A stretch of DNA of 32,000 nucleotides, taken from Coprobacillaceae bacterium. Lineage in GTDB: Bacteria > Bacillota_I > Bacilli_A > Erysipelotrichales > Coprobacillaceae. Numbering within the stretch: the stretch's first letter is position 1; the number at the start of each line of letters is the position of its first letter. This document shows, in pieces, positions 1-9,827 of the stretch. Made by a program: the position numbers and the translations under genes. Under the pieces are notes generated by a model, which was not told the origin of the DNA, searched no databases, and saw only the letters and a program-made list of their open reading frames with translations. The stretch spans positions 1,140,001 to 1,172,000 of the forward strand of contig OY776328.1 of assembly GCA_963675515.1 (NCBI GenBank). The letters are read 5' to 3'.

Positions 1-249
1 ATGATGTTTTTTCCGACCATCCTGCTTGGAGCCAGCGGCGTGGTCTTCATGATGATCATCCTGGCCTCGTTTGGAAAGATATCAAATGGCAAAATCCCGA
101 TGACCCTGGTCATGGTTGTTCTTATTTATCTGGGCAACGAGATCTACCTGGCCCTTTTTGCCAGCGACAACATCTCCCAGGTAACCCATATCGTGGGCGG
201 CCTGCTTGGCATGGTATTTGGATTCTATCTCAACGCTAGCCAAAAATGA
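1..249 (+). CDS. Rhomboid-family intramembrane serine protease, C-terminal fragment (5' end outside window)
   Basis: The ORF runs in from the window edge. The hydrophobic sequence carries the rhomboid catalytic Ser motif GASG and the catalytic His context THIVGGLLGMVFG. Confidence 0.6.
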   Translation: MMFFPTILLGASGVVFMMIILASFGKISNGKIPMTLVMVVLIYLGNEIYLALFASDNISQVTHIVGGLLGMVFGFYLNASQK

Positions 250-1144
250 CAAGCAGTCCCATCATCAGCCCCAAAGATACCAAAGTAGAAAGTGTCGCCA
301 CAATCGGCGGCACTTTGCTTTTGGGGTCGATCGATATGCTGTAGATGACCGCGATTACCGGAGTCGGGGTGACCAAAGCCAGCGCGATTATCAGTTTGGC
401 GGTAGGATCTACGGGCAGGAGCATGAAAAGTCCAAGGATGGCCAGGTTGGTGGCGTATTTGCCAAGCAATGTCTTGCCCACCGATTTCAGGGCGGCACGA
501 TCAAGGGCGAAGTTGAGCTTGATGCCAATCAGAGCCATGCACAAAAACGAATTGGCTCCAGCGGGAATTGCCGCAATGTCGATCACCGCTGATGGCAAGG
601 TTATGCCAACCAGGCTCAGTAGAATCATGAAAAAATAAGTCATGAAGGGGATCGAGCGGACGCAGTGGCCCATTATCTGCTTTATCAGCGAACCTCCGCT
701 TTTGTTTATCTGGGAAAGAGCCAGGGCGTTGTTGCCCCCGAAGACCATCAGCGAATTGCCGATATCGAAGAAAATCAGATAGAGGATGGCCCAGTTGGGG
801 AAGATGCCCGAGACAATGGGCATCAAGAAAAGGCCGTTGTTGTAGCCCGACGCATTGATCATCGAGATCGCCCTGACGTTTCCAGGCTCATTCTTGTTGA
901 TAAGGTAAGCCACGCCGTTGACAAGGAACGGTCCCACAAGACCCAGGAATATATAAGGGACCAGATCCCATGACAGGGTGATTCCGTTGGTGGCGGTGAT
1001 CAAGAAGGCCGGCAGGGTGACCTTCATTACGATGTGGCTTAGCATCACGCCATCCTGTTCCTTGACAATTCCGGCGCGCTTGATGATGTATCCGATTACG
1101 ATGATCGAGATGAAACTGATCATTTTAAATATCATTGCATTCAT
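236..1144 (-). CDS. AEC (auxin efflux carrier) family transporter
   Basis: Polytopic membrane protein with an AEC-like N-terminus (MIFKMISFISIIVIGYIIKRAGI...). I trimmed the ORF-track start (1201) to ATG 1144, which has AAGGAG about 6 nt upstream. A minus-strand TATAAT (1170-1175) lies inside the longer ORF. Confidence 0.7.
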   Translation of the reverse strand: MNAMIFKMISFISIIVIGYIIKRAGIVKEQDGVMLSHIVMKVTLPAFLITATNGITLSWDLVPYIFLGLVGPFLVNGVAYLINKNEPGNVRAISMINASGYNNGLFLMPIVSGIFPNWAILYLIFFDIGNSLMVFGGNNALALSQINKSGGSLIKQIMGHCVRSIPFMTYFFMILLSLVGITLPSAVIDIAAIPAGANSFLCMALIGIKLNFALDRAALKSVGKTLLGKYATNLAILGLFMLLPVDPTAKLIIALALVTPTPVIAVIYSISIDPKSKVPPIVATLSTLVSLGLMMGLLVIFG

Positions 1145-1169
1145 ATAAATCTCCTTTGCGATTACCTGC

Positions 1170-1175
1170 ATTATA
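1170..1175 (-). promoter_or_regulatory. Putative -10 box (TATAAT) for the AEC transporter gene
   Basis: The reverse complement of 1170-1175 is TATAAT, 25 nt upstream of ATG 1144. No good -35 is visible. Confidence 0.3.
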
Positions 1176-1256
1176 TCCGATTTTAAATTCTTTTGCTCCA
1201 TTTTTACAAATCTGAAAAATGAAAAAATTCACGGAATAATTGATAAGGTGGATTGT

Positions 1257-1284
1257 TTGACATAAGTACCCTGAAAAGTATAAT
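1257..1284 (+). promoter_or_regulatory. Sigma-70/SigA-type promoter of the CoA-binding/pnt operon
   Basis: TTGACA (1257-1262), 16-nt spacer, TATAAT (1279-1284). SD AAGGAGGG (1291-1298) follows, then ATG 1305. Confidence 0.6.
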
Positions 1285-1304
1285 TAAAATAAGGAGGGAC
1301 TTGT

Positions 1305-1688
1305 ATGAATCTCGAAGAAATAATGCAATATGATAATTTTGTCGTTTTGGGAAATACCATCGAGCCGGAAAAGTATGCCTGCAAGATCAAAAACCGGCTG
1401 CTTGATTGTGGCTACACTGCCGTAGGCGTGCAAAAGGAGCTTGAATCAATCAACGATGTCGATTTCGATATCGATGTGCTCGTTCTTTGCATCAACCGGA
1501 ATCTGGGAATCGAATTTTTGAAGGAGAACAAGAAACCGATCAAAGCAGTGGTAATCCAGCCCAACGCCGGATCAAGGGAAATCACTGACTTTCTCGATGA
1601 AAACAAGATTCCCTGGATGGACGGCTGCATCCTGGTGGGTTGTTCACTTTCAAACAAACACAAAAAATGGAGGATAACAAATGAATAA
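1305..1688 (+). CDS. CoA-binding domain protein (YccU/YneT-like)
   Basis: 127-aa protein. The N-terminal block 'FVVLGNTIEPEKYACKIKNRLLDCGYTAVGV' resembles the Rossmann-like CoA-binding fold of this family. Its stop overlaps the pntAA start by 8 nt. Confidence 0.5.
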   Translation: MNLEEIMQYDNFVVLGNTIEPEKYACKIKNRLLDCGYTAVGVQKELESINDVDFDIDVLVLCINRNLGIEFLKENKKPIKAVVIQPNAGSREITDFLDENKIPWMDGCILVGCSLSNKHKKWRITNE

Positions 1689-2808
1689 TATTCTTGTATG
1701 CAAAGAACTAGACGAGGAAACCAGGGTCGCCCTGATCCCGGGGGACATCAAAAAGCTGATTGGAATGAATCTTCAAGTCGCCGTTGTTTCCGGGGCGGGC
1801 CTCAAGTCGGGCTTCATGGACGATGACTATCAAAAGGCGGGTGCGACGATCGTGGCGACAAATGATGAGGGCTACAAGTCAGCCGACATAATCGTGCGCA
1901 TCATCAAACCCGAGACAGTCGATGGAATCAAAGCAGATACTCTTCATGTAAGCTACCTCGATCCTTTCAATGAAAAGGAACTCCTGGGGGAAATGGTTGA
2001 AAAGAAGATCCAGGCCGTATCATTGGAAATGATTCCAAGGACGACCCTGGCCCAGAAGATGGACGTCCAGTCTTCGCAGACATCGCTGGCTGGCTATGTC
2101 GCTGTCATAAATGCGGCAGCCAAACTGCCCAAGATCTTTCCGATGATGATGACCCCGGCGGGAACAATCGCCCCGGCCAAGGTGTTCATTATCGGGGTCG
2201 GAGTTGCCGGATTGCAGGCCATCGCCACCGCCAAACGGCTCGGGGCGCGGGTAGAAGCTTTCGACACCCGGCCGGTAGTCGAGGAACAGGTCAAGTCACT
2301 GGGGGCGAAGTTTGTCAAGATCGATCTAGGTGAGATGGGGCAGACCGAGCAGGGCTATGCCAAAGCGCTTACCCCTGAGCAGATCGCCCTGCAGCAAGAA
2401 GCCCAGGCCAAGGTATGTGAAAAATCGGATATCGTCATCACTACAGCCAAGCTGTTTGGCCGCAAGGCTCCGATCCTTTTGACCGAGGCGATGCTTGATC
2501 GCATGGCTCCAGGTTCAATCGTGGTCGACATGGCGGTTTCCACCGGCGGCAATGTCGAAGGGTCGAAGGTCGACCAGGATGTCATCAGGCCAAATGGAGT
2601 GCGAATCGTTTCGGGCGACATGCTCGAACGCCAGGTGCCCTATGACGCATCAAAGATGCTTTCCGGGAATATTTTTGCCTTTTTGAGCCATTTCTATGAC
2701 CAGGAAGCCAAGGAAGTCAAAGTAAGACTGGAAGATGAAATAATGAAGGGATGTCTGATCACCCAAGGTGGACAGATCATCCATGACTGGTTCAAAGACA
2801 ACAAGTAA
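1681..2808 (+). CDS. pntAA: NAD(P) transhydrogenase subunit alpha, part 1 (dI domain)
   Basis: 375 aa with an alanine dehydrogenase/PNT-type fold and the NAD-binding loop IIGVGVAGLQAIATAKRLGA. It is followed by the two membrane subunits. SD GGAGG sits 7 nt upstream. Confidence 0.9.
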   Translation: MNNILVCKELDEETRVALIPGDIKKLIGMNLQVAVVSGAGLKSGFMDDDYQKAGATIVATNDEGYKSADIIVRIIKPETVDGIKADTLHVSYLDPFNEKELLGEMVEKKIQAVSLEMIPRTTLAQKMDVQSSQTSLAGYVAVINAAAKLPKIFPMMMTPAGTIAPAKVFIIGVGVAGLQAIATAKRLGARVEAFDTRPVVEEQVKSLGAKFVKIDLGEMGQTEQGYAKALTPEQIALQQEAQAKVCEKSDIVITTAKLFGRKAPILLTEAMLDRMAPGSIVVDMAVSTGGNVEGSKVDQDVIRPNGVRIVSGDMLERQVPYDASKMLSGNIFAFLSHFYDQEAKEVKVRLEDEIMKGCLITQGGQIIHDWFKDNK

Positions 2809-2822
2809 AGGGAGGGCATTAT

Positions 2823-3110
2823 ATGAGCATCATGTTAATATTCGTCTTTGTGATCGCCGGATTTTTGGGAGTCGAGCTGATATCCAAAGTACCATCACAG
2901 CTGCATACCCCGCTGATGTCCGGGACCAACGCCATCTCGGGGATCACGATTGTCGGAGCCATCTCGGTGGCCGCCATCAATATCCCCGGGACAGTGGGCA
3001 ACATTCTCGGTTTTCTGGCCATCGTCCTGGCGACCATCAATGTGGTCGGAGGTTATCTTGTCACCGACAGGATGCTGGGAATGTTCAAGAAAAAGGGGGA
3101 TGACAAATAA
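2823..3110 (+). CDS. pntAB: NAD(P) transhydrogenase subunit alpha, part 2 (membrane dII-alpha)
   Basis: 95-aa hydrophobic protein with the characteristic 'HTPLMSGTNAISGI' block. It lies between pntAA and pntB, preceded by SD GGAGGG. Confidence 0.85.
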   Translation: MSIMLIFVFVIAGFLGVELISKVPSQLHTPLMSGTNAISGITIVGAISVAAINIPGTVGNILGFLAIVLATINVVGGYLVTDRMLGMFKKKGDDK

Positions 3111-4531
3111 TGAACAGTACGGTTATCGCTCTATTATATATCGTTTCAAGTGTCTTTTTCATCCGCGGCATCAAGCTGCTGGGAAAAACGGCCACAGCCC
3201 GCAAGGGTAACCAGATTTCATCCATCGGGATGGCCATCGCGGTTGTCACCGTCATGATCCAGAAGGAAGTCATGGGTTCATGGTCTTCGAATGTCATGGA
3301 CAACGGCTATTTCTACATTATCGTTGCAGTTGCCATCGGTTCGCTTATCGGAGCGGTCTGGGCAAACAGGGTCCAGATGACCGGGATGCCCGAACTGGTG
3401 GCCTTGTTCAACGGATTTGGCGGGTTGTCTTCGCTTCTGGTGGCCCTGTCGCAATACGTGTATGAAAGCTCCAATGTGATCGCACATGACGTGATCACCG
3501 GAGTGTCGCTTGGTCTTACCATCGCCATCGGGTCGATCGCCTTCACCGGGTCTCTGGTGGCCTGGGGAAAACTTTCAGGCAAGATGTTCAAGAAGCCATT
3601 CAATGTCCCAGCCAAGAACCAGCTCAACGGTTTTGTGAGTATCCTGGGTCTTGTCGCCATCGGTTTCTATGCGATCTCGACCAATGCCTATGGGCAAATG
3701 GTGGCGGTGCTATTTGCCACCGGTCTGTTCCTGTTGCTTGGATTCACCATCACGATCACAATCGGCGGGGGCGACATGCCCGTTGTCATCTCCCTGCTCA
3801 ACTCCCTTTCAGGGATAGCGGCGGCCTTTGCGGGTTTCACCATCAACAATACGGTCCTTGTTGTGGCGGGCTGTCTGGTCGGAGCTTCCGGTCTGATATT
3901 GACCCTGATCATGTGCAAGGCGATGAACAAGTCGTTGCTTAGCCTGCTTTTTGCATCAAGTGGAACAGCCAAAAAGTCCCAGGCTGTAGGAATTGCAAAG
4001 GAACCAAAAGCGGCCAGTGTCGAAGACGCATATCTGGTGCTTGAAGCGGCCAGCTCCGTTGTCTTCATTCCCGGTTATGGAATGGCCGTGGCTCAGGCGC
4101 AGCATGCAGTCAAGGAACTTGCTGAAAGGCTTGAGGATAATGGCTGCGAAGTCAACTTCGCCATCCATCCGGTTGCCGGAAGGATGCCCGGCCACATGAA
4201 TGTCCTTCTTGCCGAAGCCGATGTGGATTACGAACAGCTCAAGACGATGGATGAGATGAATCCACAGATGGCCAACCAGGACGTCGCGATCGTCATCGGG
4301 GCCAACGACGTAGTCAACCCGGCGGCGCTCAATGACGAAAGTTCGCCGATCTATGGAATGCCGATCATCAATGCCTTCGAGGCAAGGACTGTCTTTGTCC
4401 TTAAACGGGGCAAGGGTACGGGATTCTCGGGAATCGAAAATCCGCTTTTCACCAATGACAACACCCTGATGATCTACGGTGATGCCAAAAACACCATCTC
4501 CTCGCTGGCGGGCGAGTTCGATGAGGATTAA
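3110..4531 (+). CDS. pntB: NAD(P) transhydrogenase subunit beta
   Basis: 473 aa with N-terminal TM helices and a C-terminal dIII NADP(H) domain (GYGMAVAQAQH ... HPVAGRMPGHMNVLLAEA). The start overlaps the pntAB stop (TAATG). Confidence 0.92.
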   Translation: MNSTVIALLYIVSSVFFIRGIKLLGKTATARKGNQISSIGMAIAVVTVMIQKEVMGSWSSNVMDNGYFYIIVAVAIGSLIGAVWANRVQMTGMPELVALFNGFGGLSSLLVALSQYVYESSNVIAHDVITGVSLGLTIAIGSIAFTGSLVAWGKLSGKMFKKPFNVPAKNQLNGFVSILGLVAIGFYAISTNAYGQMVAVLFATGLFLLLGFTITITIGGGDMPVVISLLNSLSGIAAAFAGFTINNTVLVVAGCLVGASGLILTLIMCKAMNKSLLSLLFASSGTAKKSQAVGIAKEPKAASVEDAYLVLEAASSVVFIPGYGMAVAQAQHAVKELAERLEDNGCEVNFAIHPVAGRMPGHMNVLLAEADVDYEQLKTMDEMNPQMANQDVAIVIGANDVVNPAALNDESSPIYGMPIINAFEARTVFVLKRGKGTGFSGIENPLFTNDNTLMIYGDAKNTISSLAGEFDED

Positions 4532-4556
4532 AGACAGCAAGACTGTCTTTTTTTTT
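4532..4556 (+). terminator. Rho-independent terminator of the pnt operon
   Basis: AGACAG-caaga-CTGTCT hairpin followed by T8. Confidence 0.6.
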
Positions 4557-4604
4557 GCTTGGACCAGGAATTTAGTGAAAAACCCATTCAATGGGGCACA
4601 TCGG

Positions 4605-4632
4605 TTGTATTTGATGGAAATTTTGATATAAT
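4605..4632 (+). promoter_or_regulatory. Putative promoter of the ABC exporter gene
   Basis: TTGTAT (4605-4610), 16-nt spacer, TATAAT (4627-4632). SD GGAGGTGG precedes ATG 4656. Confidence 0.4.
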
Positions 4633-4655
4633 GATTTGACTCAGGAGGTGGACCG

Positions 4656-6395
<1,740 letters not shown>

Positions 6396-6448
6396 TTTTT
6401 GCCAGGTTTGAGCAGTGGAAGCTAAGACAGCCTAGCTTATCAAATCGT

Positions 6449-6477
6449 TTGCATTTGGCCGCCACTTGGCGTAAAAT
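6449..6477 (+). promoter_or_regulatory. Putative promoter of the NifU-like gene
   Basis: TTGCAT (6449-6454), 17-nt spacer, TAAAAT (6472-6477). SD GGAGG lies before ATG 6502. Confidence 0.4.
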
Positions 6478-6501
6478 GGTTTTTGTGACTGGAGGATTAA
6501 T

Positions 6502-6744
6502 ATGGAAGAAGTAGTTGAACAGATAAAAAAAGTATTGGATAAGATCCGTCCGTATCTAAACCGGGACGGTGGCGATATCGAGTTTGTGGATTTTGTCGAC
6601 GGGATTGTCTACGTTAGGATGCTTGGAGCCTGCGCAGGCTGTGGCATGATCGAATCGACCCTGTATGACGGGGTGCAGCAGATCCTGATGGAAGAAGTGC
6701 CGCAGGTGATCGGTGTGGAAAACATCGTGGGCAACCTGATTTAA
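6502..6744 (+). CDS. NifU-like (Nfu-type) Fe-S cluster carrier domain protein
   Basis: 80 aa with 'IRPYLNRDGGDIEFVDF...GACAGCGM', the typical NifU C-terminal domain with its CxxC motif. Confidence 0.8.
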   Translation: MEEVVEQIKKVLDKIRPYLNRDGGDIEFVDFVDGIVYVRMLGACAGCGMIESTLYDGVQQILMEEVPQVIGVENIVGNLI

Positions 6745-6808
6745 AGTTGGGACAAATCTGACACAAAAAGCGGTTGAAAACCGGTTATAATATTAATGTA
6801 AAATATGC

Positions 6809-6836
6809 TTGTAATTCCTGGCATTTATGTTATAGT
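6809..6836 (+). promoter_or_regulatory. Putative promoter of the metK leader
   Basis: TTGTAA (6809-6814), 16-nt spacer, TATAGT (6831-6836), about 30 nt upstream of riboswitch helix P1. Confidence 0.4.
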
Positions 6837-6865
6837 TACAATGTTGAAAATTTCATAAAAAAAGA

Positions 6866-6961
6866 CTCTTATTAAGAATCGTTAGATGCAGATCGAAGAT
6901 ACGATGGCAACCCTCATTGAGAAGGTGCCCCACTAAGCAAGGTAAACTTGAACAATAAGAG
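6866..6961 (+). promoter_or_regulatory. SAM riboswitch (S-box / SAM-I-like aptamer) controlling metK
   Basis: P1 is CTCTTATT (6866-6873) paired with AATAAGAG (6954-6961). P2 is ATCGT...ACGAT. P3 is GGCAACC...GGTGCC, the conserved SAM-I core. P4 is CAAG-gtaaa-CTTG. The element sits directly upstream of metK and is followed by antiterminator and terminator alternatives. Confidence 0.72.
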
Positions 6962-7001
6962 AAAGCTCCCTGATAATGCTTTCTCTTTGGGAGCTTTTTT
7001 T
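6962..7001 (+). terminator. Riboswitch expression-platform terminator
   Basis: AAAGCTCCC (6962-6970) pairs with GGGAGCTTT (6989-6997) and is followed by a T-run. A competing perfect 10-bp antiterminator is AAGAGAAAGC (6957-6966) with GCTTTCTCTT (6978-6987). Confidence 0.78.
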
Positions 7002-7023
7002 ATTCACAAGAAGGAGAAAGAAA

Positions 7024-8169
7024 ATGGAAGATAAAAAAATATTCACATCGGAATCGGTTTCCCAAGGTCATCCCGACAAGGTCTGTGACCAGATCTCGGA
7101 TGCAATCCTTGATGCCTGCCTTGAACTTGATCCACATGCAAGGGTTGCCTGCGAATGTTTTGCGACGACCAATCTGGTTGTAATCGGCGGAGAAATCACG
7201 ATGAACGGTCATGTCGACTATGAACAGATCGCCCGTGAAGTATTGAAGGAAATCGGTTATGATGACGATGACAAGGGAATGGACTACCGCGAGGCGGCGA
7301 TCCAGGTCGTGATCCACAAGCAATCGCCCGACATCGCCATGGGAACAAACCTTGAAGTCGGCGGAGCCGGAGACCAGGGGCTGATGTTCGGTTACGCTTC
7401 AAACGAGACCAAGAACTACATGCCTTTGCCAATCTCGATCGCCCATCACCTTGTGCGTGATGCCACAGCCAAACGCAAATCAGGCGAATTCAAGAATGCC
7501 CGCCCGGACATGAAATCACAGGTTACCATCGATTATGACGGAGACCATCCAAGAATCGAGACAATCCTGATGTCGATCCAGCATGATCCCGATTTCGATG
7601 AAACCAGCTTCAAGAAATACATCTATGAAAACATCATGGTTCCGGTTGCCAACGAGTATGGCCTGAACACGGATTTCAAGGTGCTTATCAATCCGACTGG
7701 TCGTTTTGTCATCGGCGGTCCTCACGGTGATGCCGGCCTGACCGGACGCAAGATCATCGTCGACACCTACGGCGGAATGGCCCGCCATGGCGGAGGCGCG
7801 TTCTCTGGCAAGGACCCTTCAAAAGTGGACCGTTCGGCTGCTTACATGACCCGCTATATCGCCAAAAACCTGGTGGCGGCCGGATTCGCGGACCGTCTTG
7901 AAATCCAGGTCTCATATGCGATCGGTGTAAAAGAACCGGTTTCGATCTCGGTTGAGACGTTCGGGACCCAGAAAGTATCGGATGAAACTATCCTTCAGGC
8001 AATCAGGGAAAACTTCGACCTGACACCTCAGGGCATCATCACGTCGCTTGATCTTACCCGCCCGATTTACGCCCAGACCGCGGCGCATGGCCACTTCGGC
8101 CGTGACGACATCGATCTGCCATGGGAAAAGCTCGACAAAGTCGAAAATCTGAAAAAATATTTGGATTAA
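7024..8169 (+). CDS. metK: S-adenosylmethionine synthase (methionine adenosyltransferase)
   Basis: '[25 protein letters not shown]', '[12 protein letters not shown]' and '[19 protein letters not shown]' are diagnostic MetK motifs. The start is set at ATG 7024 (SD AAGGAG 7011-7016) because the ORF-track start 6976 lies inside the terminator. Confidence 0.96.
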   Translation: MEDKKIFTSESVSQGHPDKVCDQISDAILDACLELDPHARVACECFATTNLVVIGGEITMNGHVDYEQIAREVLKEIGYDDDDKGMDYREAAIQVVIHKQSPDIAMGTNLEVGGAGDQGLMFGYASNETKNYMPLPISIAHHLVRDATAKRKSGEFKNARPDMKSQVTIDYDGDHPRIETILMSIQHDPDFDETSFKKYIYENIMVPVANEYGLNTDFKVLINPTGRFVIGGPHGDAGLTGRKIIVDTYGGMARHGGGAFSGKDPSKVDRSAAYMTRYIAKNLVAAGFADRLEIQVSYAIGVKEPVSISVETFGTQKVSDETILQAIRENFDLTPQGIITSLDLTRPIYAQTAAHGHFGRDDIDLPWEKLDKVENLKKYLD

Positions 8170-8198
8170 AAAAGTATGTTACAAAGCATACTTTTTTT
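8170..8198 (+). terminator. metK terminator
   Basis: AAGTATG-ttacaaag-CATACTT hairpin followed by T7. Confidence 0.6.
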
Positions 8199-8291
8199 GT
8201 TGAAAAGGTTTAAATGAAAGCGCTTGACGTTTTAACGGTGGATTATTTGAGATTAATGTTGTATAATTAATCCATAGAGGAGGTATGCATT

Positions 8292-8834
8292 ATGAAAATT
8301 TCAATAAGAGGTAAAAATATCGAAATTACTGATGCAATCGCAAATGTAGTTGAAGAAAAGTTAAGTGTGTTGGATAAATATTTCATCATGTCCGAAGCCG
8401 TTCAAGCGAAGGTTCTTGTAAGAACTTATCCTCATGTCGGACAAAAAATCGAAGTAACCATTCCAACCGAGTATGTCCTGTTACGGGCTGAAGACGTGAA
8501 CGAAGATCTGTACGCTGCCATTGATTTGGTGGTTGACAAATTGGAAGCTCAGATCCGCAAGTACAAAACTAAACTTAGTCGCAAATCAAAAAACAATAAA
8601 CTCGCGTTTAACGTGGCTTCATTAGATGAATTGGAAGACAGTGAAGAAGAAGACGTGATTGTCAAAGTCAAACAGATTTTGCCAAAACCGATGGACATGG
8701 AAGAAGCAATCATGCAGTTGGAATTGATCGACCATGATTTCTATGTTTATGTCGACCGCGAAACAGAACGCACCAGTGTTGTTTACCGCCGTCATAACGG
8801 TGGCTACGGTCTCCTTGAAACAACCGAACAATAA
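8292..8834 (+). CDS. hpf: Ribosome hibernation-promoting factor (long HPF)
   Basis: 180 aa. The N-terminal S30AE/YfiA domain (MKISIRGKNIEITDAI...) and a C-terminal dimerisation domain (KPMDMEEAIMQLELIDHDFYVY) match long-form HPF. Confidence 0.9.
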   Translation: MKISIRGKNIEITDAIANVVEEKLSVLDKYFIMSEAVQAKVLVRTYPHVGQKIEVTIPTEYVLLRAEDVNEDLYAAIDLVVDKLEAQIRKYKTKLSRKSKNNKLAFNVASLDELEDSEEEDVIVKVKQILPKPMDMEEAIMQLELIDHDFYVYVDRETERTSVVYRRHNGGYGLLETTEQ

Positions 8835-8860
8835 AAAGAACTCGTCAGAGTTCTTTTTTT
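8833..8860. terminator. Bidirectional terminator between hpf and the radical-SAM gene
   Basis: A-run, AGAACTC-gtca-GAGTTCT, T-run. The hairpin overlaps the last codons of the minus-strand gene. Confidence 0.6.
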
Positions 8861-9783
8861 GTTCCTTGGTAAAGGCCGTGTTCGACCATGTACTTGTCGA
8901 TATCGTTGAGGATGGTGACTTTCCTGATCGACCAAAGCGGTGCGATCAGGTCGCTGGCAACCCCGTCACCGGTGAGCCGCTCGACTACGATCTTGCTGTC
9001 GATCAGGCTTAGCTGCCTGGCCACCACTTCGATATATTCGTCGCGGGTAAGCAGCTGGAAATCACCTCTTTGGTACATCGAGGCCAAGGCGGTGTTTTTA
9101 AGTACGAAAAGCATGTGGATCTTGATGGCCTGGATGTCCATCGCGCCCACCACCCGGGCCGTCTCGAGCATCATTTCCATTGTTTCATAAGGCAGGGAGT
9201 TGATCAGATGGACGCACACATCGATGCCCCGCGTGCGCAGCTTTTTTAAGGCTTCCTGGAATTCTTTAAAGCTGTGGCCCCGGTTGATAAGCTTTCCTGT
9301 CGCGTCGTGGATTGTCTGCAGTCCCAGCTCGATTGTCAGGTCGGTCTGTTTCGAAAGTTCTTCGAGGTAGTCGACCATTTCATCTTCAAGGCAGTCGGGC
9401 CTGGTGGCGATGGCGATCCCCACGACGTCGTCACGCTTCAAGAAAGGCTCGACCATCGCTTTTACCTTGGCCACCGGCCCATAGGTGTTGGAGTTGGCCT
9501 GGAAATAGGCGATATACTTGCATCCCGGCCATTTTTTCTGGAAGATCGGGGTCAGCTTGTCGAACTGGACCATCAAGTCGTCGTTGATGTCGCCCGCATA
9601 GTCGCCCGAACCCTTCGAGGAGCAATAGATACAGCCCCCATAAGACTTGGTCCCGTCGAGATTGGGGCAGGTGAAGTTGGCGTTTAGAGGGATCTTGGCC
9701 ACTTTGGTCCGGTATTTGGTTTTTAGATAATAGTTGTATGTGTGATAACGCTTGTTATCAAAACTGTATTCAAATTTGTTCAT
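8845..9783 (-). CDS. TIGR01212-family radical SAM protein (YtqA-like)
   Basis: 312 aa. The N-terminal 'KRYHTYNYYLKTKY...KIPLNANFTCPNLDGTKSYGGCIYCS' is the characteristic Cys motif of this subfamily. Confidence 0.82.
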   Translation of the reverse strand: MNKFEYSFDNKRYHTYNYYLKTKYRTKVAKIPLNANFTCPNLDGTKSYGGCIYCSSKGSGDYAGDINDDLMVQFDKLTPIFQKKWPGCKYIAYFQANSNTYGPVAKVKAMVEPFLKRDDVVGIAIATRPDCLEDEMVDYLEELSKQTDLTIELGLQTIHDATGKLINRGHSFKEFQEALKKLRTRGIDVCVHLINSLPYETMEMMLETARVVGAMDIQAIKIHMLFVLKNTALASMYQRGDFQLLTRDEYIEVVARQLSLIDSKIVVERLTGDGVASDLIAPLWSIRKVTILNDIDKYMVEHGLYQGTKKEL

Positions 9784-9827
9784 GGTCTAATTATACAAAA
9801 AACAAAGTCAAAAGCAAGGAGAAATCA

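Noticed and set aside
206-973. Plus-strand ORFs (206-592, 345-638, 665-973) opposite the AEC transporter
   Set aside because: Their Arg/Gln/His-rich composition is typical of antisense readings of a membrane-protein gene. They have no RBS or motifs.
6976-7023. N-terminal extension of metK ([16 protein letters not shown])
   Set aside because: It lies within the riboswitch terminator and its T-run. The conserved MetK N-terminus and the SD point to ATG 7024.
9738-9827. N-terminal extensions of ORF-track predictions (9738 for the ABC fusion, and similarly 24210 for ppk2 and 25028 for the lipoprotein)
   Set aside because: The extensions overlap the neighbouring gene or a promoter and lack an SD. 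The internal ATGs (9828, 24300, 25202) have strong SDs and family-typical N-termini.
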